A DNA stretch of 64,000 nucleotides, from contig OZ024740.1 in assembly GCA_964016885.1 (NCBI GenBank), forward strand, positions 280,984,001-281,048,000, in the 5' to 3' direction. Source of the stretch: Eledone cirrhosa (taxonomy: Eukaryota). A model generated the notes under the pieces. That model saw only the letters and a list, made by a program, of their open reading frames with translations. It was not told the origin of the DNA and did not search any database. Below, piece after piece: positions 36,952 through 52,272 of the stretch. The translations under genes were made by a program, and so were the position numbers. Position 1 is the first letter of the stretch; each line of letters begins with the position of its first letter.

Positions 36952-39900
36952 AAGTTCCCGCAACTGGTGCATTTAGTTATTGCGGTGCTATTTCAGTGGG
37001 CCTTAGAAATACTTGTTGGTGCCCATCTTCTCTCTAAGTATCCAGTCCCTCACTAAGATTAGTCTGCCAACAGAAGTAGTTACCTGTGTGTGGCTGAAAA
37101 ATATCCCAGAGCCAGACATATGTGTCAGGTAAAAACCCACGAGGAGGCCACTGCATGATATCAGAGTGTCTTCTCTATTCGAAAATCCCGGTTTTTCGTT
37201 AATGCCTTTTTTTAAATCCTCCAAAACAGTGCGTCCAGTATTGCAATATCGTCTCTTCATATTAATTCACTTTATTTATTATGGAACATTAGAAAACGCC
37301 ATGTTCAGGTTTGAAATAACGTTTCATTAAATCGTTGTATTCTAGTTTCACAGATACATTGAGTAACGGTACGTCCGGTTTTAAAATAGTAATTCCTTAT
37401 ATATTAGATAAAAGATTAGTAGACTAATGCTTCGTATCCATGCCTGTATTTAAAGAGAGATGAATGGTTTATACATTGAGAGAATGTCATATAATGTGAA
37501 TTATTTCTACTTTTGGCACAAGGCCGGCAATTACGCCAGTGCATTACTGGTGCTTTAGTTTATTGACCCCGTAAGGATGAAAGGTAAAGCTAACCGCGGC
37601 GTGATTTGAACTCAGAATGTAAAGAGCCAGAAATCTATGCTGCAAAGCGTGATGTCTGACGGTCTACCGGAACTGCCAATGCACCGCCAGTTGCGTCTTA
37701 TAACAGTGGCTAAGAAATGCATACCGTTGAAGCCGCTATATATTCTTTGTCAAAAGTTTGTAACTTGCGTACTGCTTAACTATGTATGTTCTGAGATTAT
37801 ATTGCCAGACGGAAAAATAAATACATTTATCCTAATATGAAGGATGAAGCGATCGTAAAGAATTTCACATTTTACATGGAAAACATTAGCTGCTTGGTGT
37901 AAATGTTTCTGATTGTGAATCTTGGGATTAATGGTGTGGTTTTAGCTATTGAACGCTGTGGGTGTAAGATATTCCGTATGAGTTATTATAAATATAATAG
38001 TAACCCTTTCAAATTTACATGTTACATTTTATTAATAGGGGGTGTCATTCGGTAAGTAGTGTTTATGTTTGAATTGTGTGGTTATTTTCCAAGTAGTTAA
38101 GACATTCTTAGTGCCCATTCTTTGCAGTAGCGTTATCTATGGATTATTGTAAAATTAGCAGGCGTCGTGAGCCTTACCAAACTTTTGGAAGCATAATTTC
38201 TACGGAGCAACAGCAATGTTTAATATGTTCTATATTTATGACAGTGGATGTTATTTTCAGGGATATTTAGTTTTGTATCTTAGCAGGTTGATGAAACACA
38301 TAAATACTACTGCGTTGATTCGAATAGAGTTTCTTTCGATGACTCGATAAACAGATATATGTTGGATAAAATATTATTAAAAGTATCTATAAAAGGTTCT
38401 GCATTGTTAAAGAAAATGCATTTTAGTTACCGCATTTTACCGCATTTTAGTTATGCATTTTAGTTACCATTTTCTATCGATTCTCAATTCTATGATAGAG
38501 TAACGCCAGATATTATTTCTACAATTCTAAAATGGCTATACGATTATAACGGGCAAAGATTAAAGTGATAAAAGAAAATTTCTGGAATCAAACAGATAAA
38601 ATTAAGTTAGATTAATTTATAAACTAAACAATTCTTTGTTCTGCTAACTTTGAGCTTCGAAACACTACTTTTCAAAATTATTACACCTCTGAAACAACGA
38701 TCATAATCGTTAGTGGAAAGGGTTGGTTTTACAATCAAAACCAATTACAAAATATACTATTCAACGAGAGAGCCACCATGTAGTAATTAGACCGGTGATA
38801 AATAGCAGCCACATCTGTCTCAAATCACTTACTACCGCCTTAAAAGAAGATACGTTAGATACTGTAGATTTGGATGATCATAAAATGACAGGATTAAAAC
38901 GAGTGGAATGTATATGATCATCGGGTTGCTTGATTAGAATTAAAGTGCGTCTAAACAGCAAATACAAAGTGTGTATTCATTGATAAGAGCATCAACTGTA
39001 ACCAAATGAACGCTCAAATGTTAACCCTATATTAAGTTGAAAACGATATCATACTTATTATTATATCCAGCCGAGGTTGACTTTGCCTTTCATCCTTACG
39101 GGGTCGATAAAATAAAGTACCAGTAATGCACTGGATAATTGCTGGCCTTGTGACTAAAGTAGAAACAATTATTATATGGGCTCCAAATAACATACGGCTT
39201 CATACATGTAAATGGAGAACTATCTATAGATAATTAGGTGTGCATCATCATGGTGAAGCAATCTTCTAATTGCAGTCACATATCTAAATGGCACTTACGA
39301 TCAAACGCATTTCATTACGTGCTAGCTTTAACACAAAAAATGAGAACGAGACGTTTCAATGGCATGCTTATTGTCATTTACAGTAATTGTTTAAATGACG
39401 TTTCAGTGACATGCTTATGGTCATTTACATCCCTCCATATATTAAAAAAATCGGTTTCGATTCGATTCTTTATACATATTTATTAGGGTATATAAATCAG
39501 AGAGATGTAAACCATTTTTATGAGTTATACGAAGGCTCACTAATGGGTATCCCAAACATTGAGATGATTTGGACTAAACCAATGTTTTATTCCGTAGTAT
39601 ATAACGGAATAACGGAAAATGTGTGAATGATCTTAATAATATTGAATTTGTCCTGCAACTTCGTCAATAAGCTACAATAATGTCTATCAGATAATATCAT
39701 TGTTTTCATGCATCAGTAATGTTTTTCCCAAAGTGATCTCTTTTCACCCGTAAACGTCACTATCGAAATATTCATATTGCTAAGTATATTCCCCCTGAAA
39801 CATAGTTGTTCTTATGCAGTTACAATTTTCTCAATACAAATATTATGCATATTGCTGTAGCTTACAACAATGAGTAACATTAATTCTGTATAGTTTCTAT

Positions 39901-40750
39901 TTCTCAGAATTTAACGGAAATATAAAACATTTCAAAATATGCGATGTTTGAATCTCTATGTGTTAATTTTCTTACATTGTAGTAATATGCAATTAAGATG
40001 TACATGTAAATGTTATGGAATATGGTGGCTAATACATAGAACAATAACTCATTAATAATCTGAGACCTTAGATATTTAGTTAAATGAATAATTGTAGAAA
40101 ATATTATTATCATTATTTTAGAAAACATCTTAATATGATTGAGAATTAATTTAGAGTATTATATATATTCTCGTTGTATTCAATCAAAGATGGCTTCTAG
40201 GTATACTTCGTATAAACGCTTCAATAACATATAGTTTTTCAATTCAACTTGTTTACATAATTGAAAGTTGTTTTGTTACGGATTATTTACATATCTTTCC
40301 ATATTCCACATACATATGTGGAAGTATCTTTCCTGTTTATAGTTAAGTATATCTTGTACGCCAAGTAAAATCAATTTGTTTCAACGGATTCATTGTTTAA
40401 TATTGAATTATACATGTTGGGGTTTATGAACAGATAACTATTTTAGGGGTACTTAATCGTTGCAGTTGAATGCGATTTATAATAATTTAAGAAAATAACT
40501 TGACAAAATGACGAGGCGCCAAATAATATGAAAAATGATATAACAAAGGAATGATGTATTGTTGGTGGGTTTGATTTAATGCTTAATAGTATCAACAGAT
40601 CAGGTGACAGAAATAAGTAGATATTGAGAGGGGTAGAAAGATACACAATGAGAAAGGCAGAAATAAATAGATGGATGGATAAGTAGATAAGTACATTGAT
40701 AGATGAATAGATACATACCATACATAAGTAGTTAGACCGATAGGCGGATA

Positions 40751-40893
<143 letters not shown>

Positions 40894-41149
40894 CCTTAAA
40901 AGGAGTGGAAATGGAGACGATCGGATAATAGTTCAATAATCTAAGTAAAAGAGGTAAGAATGGATAGACTGAGTGACATGGCAGAAATACATAAGTGGAG
41001 CGAATAGAGGAAATTAAATTATGTTAGCCTACAATAGCCTATAGTCTATGAAAACATTGTTATTATTCAATTGTGAGCTCTGTCGGATCAATAAATTCGT
41101 TAGCAGTCGTGGCTGTACGTTTAGATTCCCATCGATAATTTGGCAAATT

Positions 41150-41500
41150 AATCCGCCGGGCATTCCAACACCACTTAGGTTCGGTGTTATATTATATATA
41201 TATATTACCATGTGTGTAGGGCTCCTGTTTGTTCTGTTAAAAATATATGTAATAGGCTTCTTTTGCCTTTTCATTCTATGTTGGAAGACTGTTTTGGACG
41301 ATGCGGATTTGTAAAAATACTAAAATATACTATGGTGCAGATGATGTCTGCTAGATCCTACACAACCTTTTCCGCATGTGCAATTTAGGTTGTAAACCTA
41401 CGCTGGATTTTAAACATATCTGGCAAACTATTATCTAATCTGATTAAACAGTTCTAATAGAAGATATTACAAGTGTATATTTGTGTGACAACTATTGTTT
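41150..41500 (-). pseudogene. Highly decayed Penelope-like GIY-YIG endonuclease remnant
   Basis: Minus-strand fragments IIVCQICLKSSVG and KAKEAYYIYF resemble PLE endonuclease motifs; many frameshifts. Confidence 0.35.
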
Positions 41501-41996
41501 GAAAGCGTGACTTAGCCTCAGGATTCTAATAAGTGGAGAAAACTTCTTCATATAGCTTCATAAATAGTTAGTCTTCGACCAGTATTACAGGAAGTTGAAA
41601 TAAGTATAATTTTTCTTATTTTGCTTTTTGCTTTTATGACTCTCTCCAACATTTTCATTCTTTCCTACAAATTAAGATCTTGAACTCTTAGGCTACTTGT
41701 TATACCTTCAACAAGACGAATAATTATTTACATATCCAGTATAGTTTGTGATCATATTATTAAAGGATTTTGACGTGTGTGTCAAGGTTAAAACTTTCAT
41801 ATCAAACATTATAATTTTAAAGTATTTTATATTAAGGCTAACATTTTTATATATGATCTTCTGTCTACGGTCAGGGTGTAGATTAATAAAAAAAGAAACC
41901 GAGTATTGTGGCGTTCACATCTTTTCAAAGAACAGTTGTATTGTCGCTGAAATAGAAAGTAATAAGGATCTTTAATACAAAAAATAAAAAAAATAA

Positions 41997-42800
41997 CTAA
42001 AGTTCCTCAGGAAAATACTCAAAGCAATTTATTACCACATGAAAGAGATGTTTACAGTAATTTGTATCTATTGTAAGAAAATGAACAGTTGTGATGAATA
42101 TTAACAGACAACATTTCAGTACTCTTTTGGTAGAATAAAATATGAATAAAAGCAACGTAAATATTACATGAAACCAGAAAAGTAAATGGACAAAAACATT
42201 CTGTAATACAGACTGGTGATTCTGTAAATAGAAAAAAAAAAAAGGAATTTTATAATATAGTAAGAATCCATTGTGGTAATCTAGGACACAACATTCCATC
42301 CGCAATGTGATTTTAACTCTTCATTAATTTGACCATAATATGTCCTTTGATCTCGGTTCGCTGGGCCCTTCTACTGAATTTACATAAAGAAATGGGTGTT
42401 TATGAATATATTTTTACCACATATATTATTAGAGCAAGCAAAATGAAATAGTCTTAGGTAGAACATCATCGACTGGATGCATCTCATTTGTAGTATCGTA
42501 AGAAAGGCGCCGTGTAACTGAGTTGGTACAAGGACTTAGGTTTATAGGGAAAATGAGACTGCATGCAAATTTTGCTTTTATTAAAATCTTTCCATTATGA
42601 AATGAAATGCACTAAAGTTGAATTCATCTTCAGAATTAACTTTATTCAACTAGATAATCTCGACGTGGTGTGATCTTACTTATGCGTAATATACAGGTTA
42701 TGAAATAATGTCAACACAGGATAATAGCAGTGAATGTGCCCATTAAAAAAGACCCATTTTCAACAGAAAGATCGATTATCTATACAAATCTATTACCATA
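41997..42800 (-). pseudogene. Possible ancient piggyBac transposase remnant
   Basis: Fragments CVLDYHN..VFVHLL and TNYCK..CFEYF resemble the piggyBac C-terminus; no TIRs or TTAA identified. Confidence 0.3.
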
Positions 42801-44269
42801 TAGGTTACATCGGAACATCATACAATATAGGTTCTTTTTTATTATGTTATAACGATGAGTTTAATTACAATTTAGGCACACATTTTTGAAGTTATCATTT
42901 AATCAGCAGTTATATTTTTCTTTTATATATTCCCTTTTAAATGTTATTTTCGATGTGTTGTTTATATGTTATTGTCATTATCATTATAATATATCGTAAA
43001 CAATTGCAAGACATTATTAACTACGATCTTTCTGCTAGATCTGAACAAAATATTCAGATCGACTTTCAGATGATGGTCTTATATAAACAATTTCAAATAA
43101 TGACATATATCCAATTTCAGTCGATGACGTTATGTAACCAATTCAAAGATAACAATGTACGTTGTGGAAGCAAGAATGATATTTCTGAATATTTACCCGA
43201 TGTTTACAAAATGATGCAATTACTCTGACTTTATTTTCTCAATCATTTCATACTGTTTGCTTAACTCACGAATAGTGTCTGTATTGATCAGAAGATGTTT
43301 GATGGTATAACAGCTGACTAATTTCCTATTCAGTTTTCATAACATTGATTAATCTTAAACTATTTTTTCTGGAAATAGAAGTTAAATTGGTCTTTCTGAA
43401 GGCTTAAGGTGTTTGGTTCACGATCGCAAAATCGTGATCTCTGTTCCCCATTGTATGTTTTCCCGTTATTTAAGTTCACATAGTTGGAAAATATGAGTTG
43501 TACATATAATTCAAAATTCAATAATTTAGCCTTGTCACATACCTTGCCACCCTGGATGACTCCGAGAATGGTGATACGGTTGCATGTATCTATGGAATGT
43601 TCAACCAGTTAGATGTTAATTTCACGAGCAAGCTGTACTTGAAACACTTATCGTTGAAACCAAAGGATGTTCAACACACGGACATTTTAGTAAACTCTTT
43701 CCCAAAAGCTCACCTATTCATAGTGTTCACTAATTTACCATATTTTGTAAATACTGTTAACTGTATTTTATCGAAGCAGCCCATGATTAGGCTACTTATG
43801 AATATATATATTAGAAAAACTACACTCATCCAAACATTTATCAGTTATTTAAACAATATTTTATGCATGATGACATAAGTTAAAGGTAGGTGTATGGAAA
43901 TAACCAGGAAAGATTCACAGTATTCAATGCTTTGATATTCAGATTTTCTCAAATCCTATAATCAGACAATTATCAGCGTTATTGAACTTCGATATTATGT
44001 ATCTAATAAAAAAAGGGTTACAATTGGCGTAGAAGTGTAAATCATCCATATCTAAATACCAATTATGAGCAGATTTAAATTTCGTCGACACTACGTATGC
44101 AATACTTTATTTTTACTATAGGCTATTTGCTTTATTGTCAGGTATAGGAGAAACCAATTATAATTATACAACGGAAACCTGATACGATTATGTATGAAAA
44201 TAGTGAAGTACCTCTAAGGGCACACACACACACATACACATATACATACACGCACACGCACACAAACAA

Positions 44270-44303
<34 letters not shown>

Positions 44304-44304
44304 T

Positions 44305-44587
44305 TAAGTCTAAAGTCTGTTTTAAGCCAGAAGGCTCATTTAATCGGTGCTTGTCCCGGTTTCATGGCGTAAAGTGACCGAGAGTATATGACTACCCCCT
44401 GGATAGGACGCCAGTACATCGCAGGGTTAAAGCCCCAGCTATTGTTGGTACATATTTTCAGCTGAGTGTACTAGAGTAACGTGAAATGAAGTGTTTTTGC
44501 TCAGGAACACAACACACAAGCCAGGAAACGAACCGACGACATTATGATCGTAGTCCAACACCCTTACCACTAGGACACGTGCCTCCA
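44305..44587 (-). mobile_element. tRNA-derived SINE with Meta-like domain
   Basis: A/B-box head, CORE-like segment, and AACCCTGCGATGTACTGGCGTCCTATCCAGGGGG..GAAACCGGGACAAGC. Confidence 0.7.
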
Positions 44588-44966
44588 TATATATATATAT
44601 TAGTTGTAGTACTAAGAGAGCGTTAAATGTAAAAGAGGTGTATATGAAAGCATACAATATATGTTTATATGCAATAAACATATGAGAAGCTCGCTATCAA
44701 GCAAAGATATTTTTCAAGAAAAGATTATTTCGCTCTGTTTTGCTCTGTGAAAATATCACAGATGTCTGAGTAGGTGATAATGCCAGACAATGATGTTTCA
44801 AGATCTTTCAACAGTGATATTCATTTTACTGAGACTAGAGTCCATATAGATTTATATGACGAATATGTGCTAGAGATGTTCATTTGCATATAAAGTGAAC
44901 TTGGGTGGTTTTAATTAATTGGGACTAAGACAGCCTTAAGCATGATACGGGTGTATATATGTATAA

Positions 44967-45476
<510 letters not shown>

Positions 45477-45628
45477 TTAATATACTCTGTCATCTCTGTT
45501 CTTAGGAATATGGCGTTGAGTGCTAGAAGTGAATAGCATTCCTATATACCGAATAGTGTATATATATATATCACCTTGATCACCTTGACCGACAAGTCTG
45601 TCGGGTGCCATTCGGCGCCGCTGTTCAC

Positions 45629-45699
<71 letters not shown>

Positions 45700-45881
45700 C
45701 TTGTGTATTCGTAAATAACTATATATATATATATATATGACCTACCTCCCTCTGCCTCTATCTTTACTTCGGCCCTTGAAAAAATTGATTCCACTTCATT
45801 CACTCTCATCTCGGGAACAGTTTTGGACAGCGCTAGTTCGTAATTTAAATTCAAGAATTTTATATTCTTCGAATGAAAAGA

Positions 45882-45964
45882 ACCTTCTGACGAGAATCTT
45901 TCTTTGCAACGAAGGCCGTATGGTCTCCGTTTATTTTTGAGATTCGAAACCGATCGGTAAAGGT
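45882..45964 (+). ncRNA. Type I hammerhead ribozyme with intact core
   Basis: ACCTT-CTGACGA-GAATCT(40 nt)AGATTC-GAAA-CCGATCGG-TA-AAGGT; GUA cleavage triplet; palindromic stem III. Confidence 0.88.
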
Positions 45965-46139
45965 AACTATAGTAGGTAAAGTCAATTTTTTAAAATTTAT
46001 TTTGAAACTCTTTCATTATTTGCTAAGCCTTGATTATATATATATATATATATATATATAGTTATTTACGAATACACAAGCACACACATATACATATTTC
46101 TTGATATACGAGTATATATATATATATGTAAATACATAA

Positions 46140-46229
<90 letters not shown>

Positions 46230-46332
46230 ACATATATATACATATATATACGTATGTATATATATACATATATATATACATATATAAATATACATATATG
46301 TATGTATATGTGTGTGTTTTGGTATTCGTAAA

Positions 46333-46368
<36 letters not shown>

Positions 46369-46415
46369 ATATACACACTATTCGGTATACAGGGATGCAA
46401 TTCACTTCTAGCACT

Positions 46416-46496
<81 letters not shown>

Positions 46497-47004
46497 GATT
46501 GTGCGTACCTTTTACAAATCTGATAGAAATATTTGTGTCGAAGACTCAGAAAACTTGGTTAAAATCTGCCAGCCGGTGTAATTTGCGTGATTGAGTAAAT
46601 CATCATTTGCTTCAGTGATAATCATTTTCCATAATTACTGCGATACATCAATGACTTCTGATTGGTGACGGAAGTTGAAGTATTCTTCTTCGGCATTACA
46701 TGTTATTGACCTCAATAAATATGACGCTAGGCAGTTATGAGGTGAGAAGTTGTTTCGAAGATAATTGAATAATGGCTGAGACAGTATATTGAAGCTCTTT
46801 GAGACTGATGTGCTAATGGGGAAGATGCGTGGTTGATTCAATGCGATTGCTAACAGCATCGTTTGGAAAGTTCCTAGTGTACAGCATGTAGACGGGACAT
46901 CAAATATGGCGCAGTTTCTTTCCTAGCTTTAACTAATAATTTCTCAAATTGATGTCGTGTTACGATCTTTCATTGCGCTTATACTTTATATGTATGATCG
47001 CGCG

Positions 47005-47133
<129 letters not shown>

Positions 47134-47616
47134 AGAGTCATAGACAACAGATCATATTTTTCCCTTTAATCTGTGAGTGCAATTCAGCAATATGATTGGC
47201 GAAAGGAAATAAGATATGATCCGGATGTTTGCAACAGGCTGAACTACTCTAAAGATACCTAAAGATTGTTTGGTGGTTGTTAAACCAAGCAACACATTAT
47301 GTCTACTGCCCACGAACTTAAAACGCAAAGAGTCAGAACAAATACTGTGAGGCACCTTGTCCGTGATATTTCAAATCCTACCAATCAACTACACTGAAGA
47401 GGTACCTCTATGTTTGATGTTAAGCAAAATTTATTTAAGTGAGATTTGGTCTCAGACGTCTCCATGTTGTAATAAATACAAGGAATTTTTTTCATAAGCT
47501 GATAACGCTGTTATTTTGACTTTTGACGTTAATGATATAATATCCAAAAATTAATCATGTATCTGTCAGGGCTATTTTAACAGTATAGCTAATGTCACCA
47601 TTAATTTTAGTGAATA

Positions 47617-48243
47617 CTAGCAGAATGACCCGGCGTTGCTCGGGAGTTGCTTTAGGGTTCTTATATATTTGACATATATTTATCCTTATCGAGCCTCGTG
47701 AAATAAATACGTTTGTTTATATTTTGTTATTGTGTATGCAAAAATATCTGTACATGAATATATAATTATATATATATATTAAAATAACAGATTAAAGTTT
47801 AAGCAAAGAATCACTGCTTTCCCCCTTAACAGGATCTTCTGAAACTAAAAAAAATCAATCTGTGAACGCAGAAGTAAATATTTCGAAAAACGTTACACAC
47901 TATATATATATATATATATATACACACACAGAGAGATAGCGACGTCATAATGTCGTAATGCAGACAGCCAGACATACAGACAGATATTATAAGGGCGCAA
48001 CGTTATATCTATGTATCTATCTAAAAAGAAAGCCTAAGAATTATAGAGAGAGATCGCTAAATCGCCTAATGCGGTCCCTAGAGCATTGAAAATTTGAATT
48101 CTTTTCCACTCAAAACACTCAGAGGACCATAAGTATTACATGTTTGAAGTTTGAAAACAATCGGTTGAGTGGTTCTCGAGTGTTAGGGAGTCAGGCAGAC
48201 AGATAGACAGACAGACAGACATTCTCTGTTTTAGATATATAGA
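47617..48243 (-). mobile_element. Non-autonomous Helitron
   Basis: Minus strand: TC start, (CTGT)n tract, CCCGAGCAACGCCGGG hairpin, CTAG end, A|T insertion site. Confidence 0.8.
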
Positions 48244-48372
48244 TTACAAATTATAAGTCCATAAATTGACACAATGCTATATCCATCTATGATAAGTGAG
48301 TGCACTTAGGCATAAATCTTCATAACAATTCAAACTAGATGCATTTTCTGAATATATAATTTGGTGGAAAGC

Positions 48373-48514
<142 letters not shown>

Positions 48515-50160
48515 TTATGCCGATGACGTGACAGTAATGGTGTCGACGGCCTCCGAAATCGAGGCGGTCGGCACCTTACTGGAGGAGTACGAAAAGTTCA
48601 CAGGGGCTAAGCTGAACCGGGACAAGTCGATCGGTTTGCAACTCGGCACGTGGAGGGGCAGACCGATGCCCTCCGATGGCGTCGTCGGACGCTGGACGGA
48701 GGGCCCGGTGAAGTTGCTCGGGGTCTGGTTCGGACCGGACCTCCAGGTGGAGAAAAACTGGGCGGAGGTTACGAACAGGGTGTTTGCACTGACCCAGAAG
48801 TGGGCCAGTTGCAAACTATCCCTGAAAGGTCGGGCGGAGGTGGCGAACACCTACATAGCGTCCGTCATCTACTACCGCCTGACCGTAGTGCCCTGCCCAA
48901 GGGAAACCCTCACCAAGATGGAGCGCGCGCTCTTCCAATTCCTTTGGAAGAGGCGGGCTCCTATGGTGAGGAGATCCATCTGCTGTCAACACCCTTCGAA
49001 AGGAGGGCTGGGGATGCCGTGGCTAATGATGCGTAAACACGCATTAAGGCTACGGCACCTCTACGTATTCCTCACCGGACAACCGGTGTGGGCCTCGTTT
49101 GTGAGACGAACCTTTCCCAGACTCGTCTCACTCACCGAGCTGCAATCCTGGGTCAAGCAAAGACCGAGAAAACTGGGCGCCTGGCACACTGAGTGTGCCC
49201 AGGCGCTCACCGCCCTCTGGCAGGCGGATCCGGTTATCAGTGGAGACTCCACCGCAACATTCCATAGAGGGCTGGTACGCAGCAGGTGCGACGACGCCCT
49301 CGGAGAAGCCCTAGACATGGAGGAGGACGAACTGGCCAGCCTGTTCGGTAGGACATTCAGCCCGGGACCTATGGACAACTTCCAGAAGTCCCTGGCCTGG
49401 CAGTGCTACCGAGGGGCTTTACCCGTTCGAGAAAGGCTCTACAGACACGGGCGCCCGGGTAGGGACCCCGCCAAAAAGATCTGTCCCAGATGCGTGTGCG
49501 ACGAGGAAACCGTTGCACACGCATTGGTACAGTGCTCGGGCGTAGCCGATCTGTGGGGCTATGTCGAACAACTGCTGTCAAGGGTGGGACCGATCCGGTT
49601 GACCACCGAGTCTATTGTAATGATCAAGCCGCCTCCCCTCTTCAAAGATGAAGCAGAGGCGGTGTTTCTGTGCGTAATAGCCATGGCGAAAGAGGTTGTA
49701 TGGTGGACGCGTCTGAAAGGACTGAGGTCAGGCACCTTTCTCTCTGGCCAACAACTGGTCCGTTTCTTCCGATATCATTTCGGAAGAAGGATCAGGATGG
49801 AGAGAGAGGTGCTGCACCCCAGCCGTTTCTATGAAAGATGGGTGAAAGTGGCGAGAATGGCCCGTGTGAATGGGCCTTCACTCTACATCAGACTATAGGT
49901 GAGGAAGATGAAAGACCAAGGGAGCACCCCTTCTCTGTGCTCCTGAGGAGAAGGGTTGCACACTTTTTTCGGGGGTGTGTGCGACCCCCCAAGGCGCCTC
50001 CTCTCTATTGAGGATTTTGTTAAAAATTTTATTTTTTGTTATATCTTATTTTATTTTTATATTTTGTTATTGCCTCCTCCTTATTGAGGACGCCTTTTTG
50101 TGTAAACTCCCCCTTTGTACTTGTCCCACTTTTGATGCCCTAGTGGCAAATAAAAGAAAC
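48515..50160 (+). mobile_element. 5'-truncated Tx1-clade LINE (copy D) in (ATCT)n
   Basis: Starts at the YADD codons; open ORF2 C-terminal half to 49898; AATAAA then (ATCT)n. Confidence 0.93.
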
Positions 50161-50165
50161 ATATC

Positions 50166-50235
<70 letters not shown>

Positions 50236-50436
50236 GATAGAGTAAGACACGCTTCGCATCGGCTCCGCTATTCCATCGGGATTTACCCTTACTATTGTAA
50301 GTACCGGATAAATTTTTTAGTGCAACACATTTGGAACACTAACCCCTGTTATTTAGGGAAACATTTTTGCATTTACCCCCTTTTTAGGGGGTAAAATAAA
50401 TATCTATTTTTGCCGAAAAATTTCTTTCTTGGCAGC

Positions 50437-52272
50437 ATGGCGGAAAAGATGGCAGACATGTCTGCCATTAGCTCTGCCACGCCCCCCAAGTCTGAAGAAC
50501 AAAAAATAATTACAACAAAATTAGACATTGAAACAAACAAACAAAATGAAAAAACAAATGTTAAGGAAAATGAGCAAACAGAAAACAAACAAACAGAAAA
50601 TAATACAAATAACGACAGGGCAACTTTCGCCCAGAAAACAAAGCAATCCATTACATACACACCAATTGACCTAACTGCCGCCAGAGAAAAACTGGCCGAA
50701 GCAAAGAAACATATTGTTTTGGGGGAGAACGGAATGTTTTCCATTAACTCCCCCCCAGAATTCAAGAAAGCCAGAGCAGAAAACACAGTTATATACAGAA
50801 CTATACTAAACCAGTCAAGAAAGCCAGCACAGCCCAGCCAAATGGAAATAGAGTTAGTCCTAAAAGACTATATGAAGAATATTCTCTTCATACGAAAGGA
50901 CCGACTCTATGGCAGCATTTCGGTCCTAACAAGAGACAAAGAAACGGCGGTTCAGCTTTCCCTAAGCCCACTCTCGTCGACAACATATAGCTTCTATCCC
51001 TCCTACATGGGTAGAAGAACACAGAGAGTAAAAGTAAAAACAATGCTGCCCACAATGGACTTCTGGTGGGCTATTGCTGGCTTCATTGATATGGGCGAAG
51101 ACACTATGCTGTCAATGGGGAAGGCAACTGGAGATGCGTTCCTGGGAATGGGCCTCGACATACTAGTCCAAATGAGGCCCGAAAGAATAGCACAAATCCC
51201 GGATCGCATCTGGCTGGATGACCTTACCCCAATAGACATAATTGTAGAGGGGAGAAGACCAGCATGCTATTTATGCATGGAAAGGGGACACGTTAAGGCT
51301 AACTGCCCGAAACGTATCCCCCAAAAAGGACTATTGCCCACACCCACCACAAACAGTACACCAGCACCACCCACCTCCAAAAATACACTAATACCACACA
51401 CAGCAAACAAAATACAGACACCACCAACCACAAACACAACACAAACATCACCACCACCAGCACCAAACACAAGCACGACACAAAAATCACCACCACCAAC
51501 CACAACACAAACATCACCACCACCATTACCAACCACAAGCACGACACAAACATTACCACCACCACCACCACAAAACCCATTCCAAACAAATAATAAAAAA
51601 AACAGTAACAAATCTACCCCTCCCGCAAAATAAAAACAACCACACAACACGTCCCTCCCACCTAGCGCTGAAGAGTTTCCCCCAACTTCTGAAGAAGAAG
51701 GAGGAGAAGCCTTCAGACAAGTTAAAAGAAAAAAAAGAAAACACACACCCAGCACACCACAAATAACCCACACACAAACACCAACTCCAATCAAAAACAC
51801 CCCACCCTCAACAAACAAAAATAAATCTGCGCCTCCCCTCTCCGAAACATTGACAGCATCACAAAAAAAGACGTTGCAATACACATATATAAATAAAGAA
51901 AACAAAATACTGGTTAAATTAATAAACAATAACCCTATGGTGCAGACCGAAGGGCCAAACTTTATCTCAACAGAGAACTTCACCCATTTAAAAATGATAA
52001 AGGTCCCTCTGGACCTTTATCGTTCCTTAAAAGAACAATTTAGACGGGACGTGAGCCCCCCCTGTTTAAAACCGTTGAATCGCGTCCTCTTGAAAGATTT
52101 CCCCATAACCGCCCCTCTCCCTGACACAACTCCAAATACCCCAACCCCACCACACACGTGTACCCCCACACCACCACAAAACATCCCTCCACCCAACACA
52201 CCTGATGCCATGGAAATTACGCAACCCGGAGAGGTAAGTGCTTTTCTTTCTTCACTTTCAACACCAAAATAG
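50437..52272 (+). pseudogene. LINE ORF1 (CCHC knuckle) with one in-frame TAA at 51631-51633
   Basis: VEGRRPACYLCMERGHVKANC; ORFs 50410-51633 and 51850-52272 are in the same frame. Confidence 0.85.
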
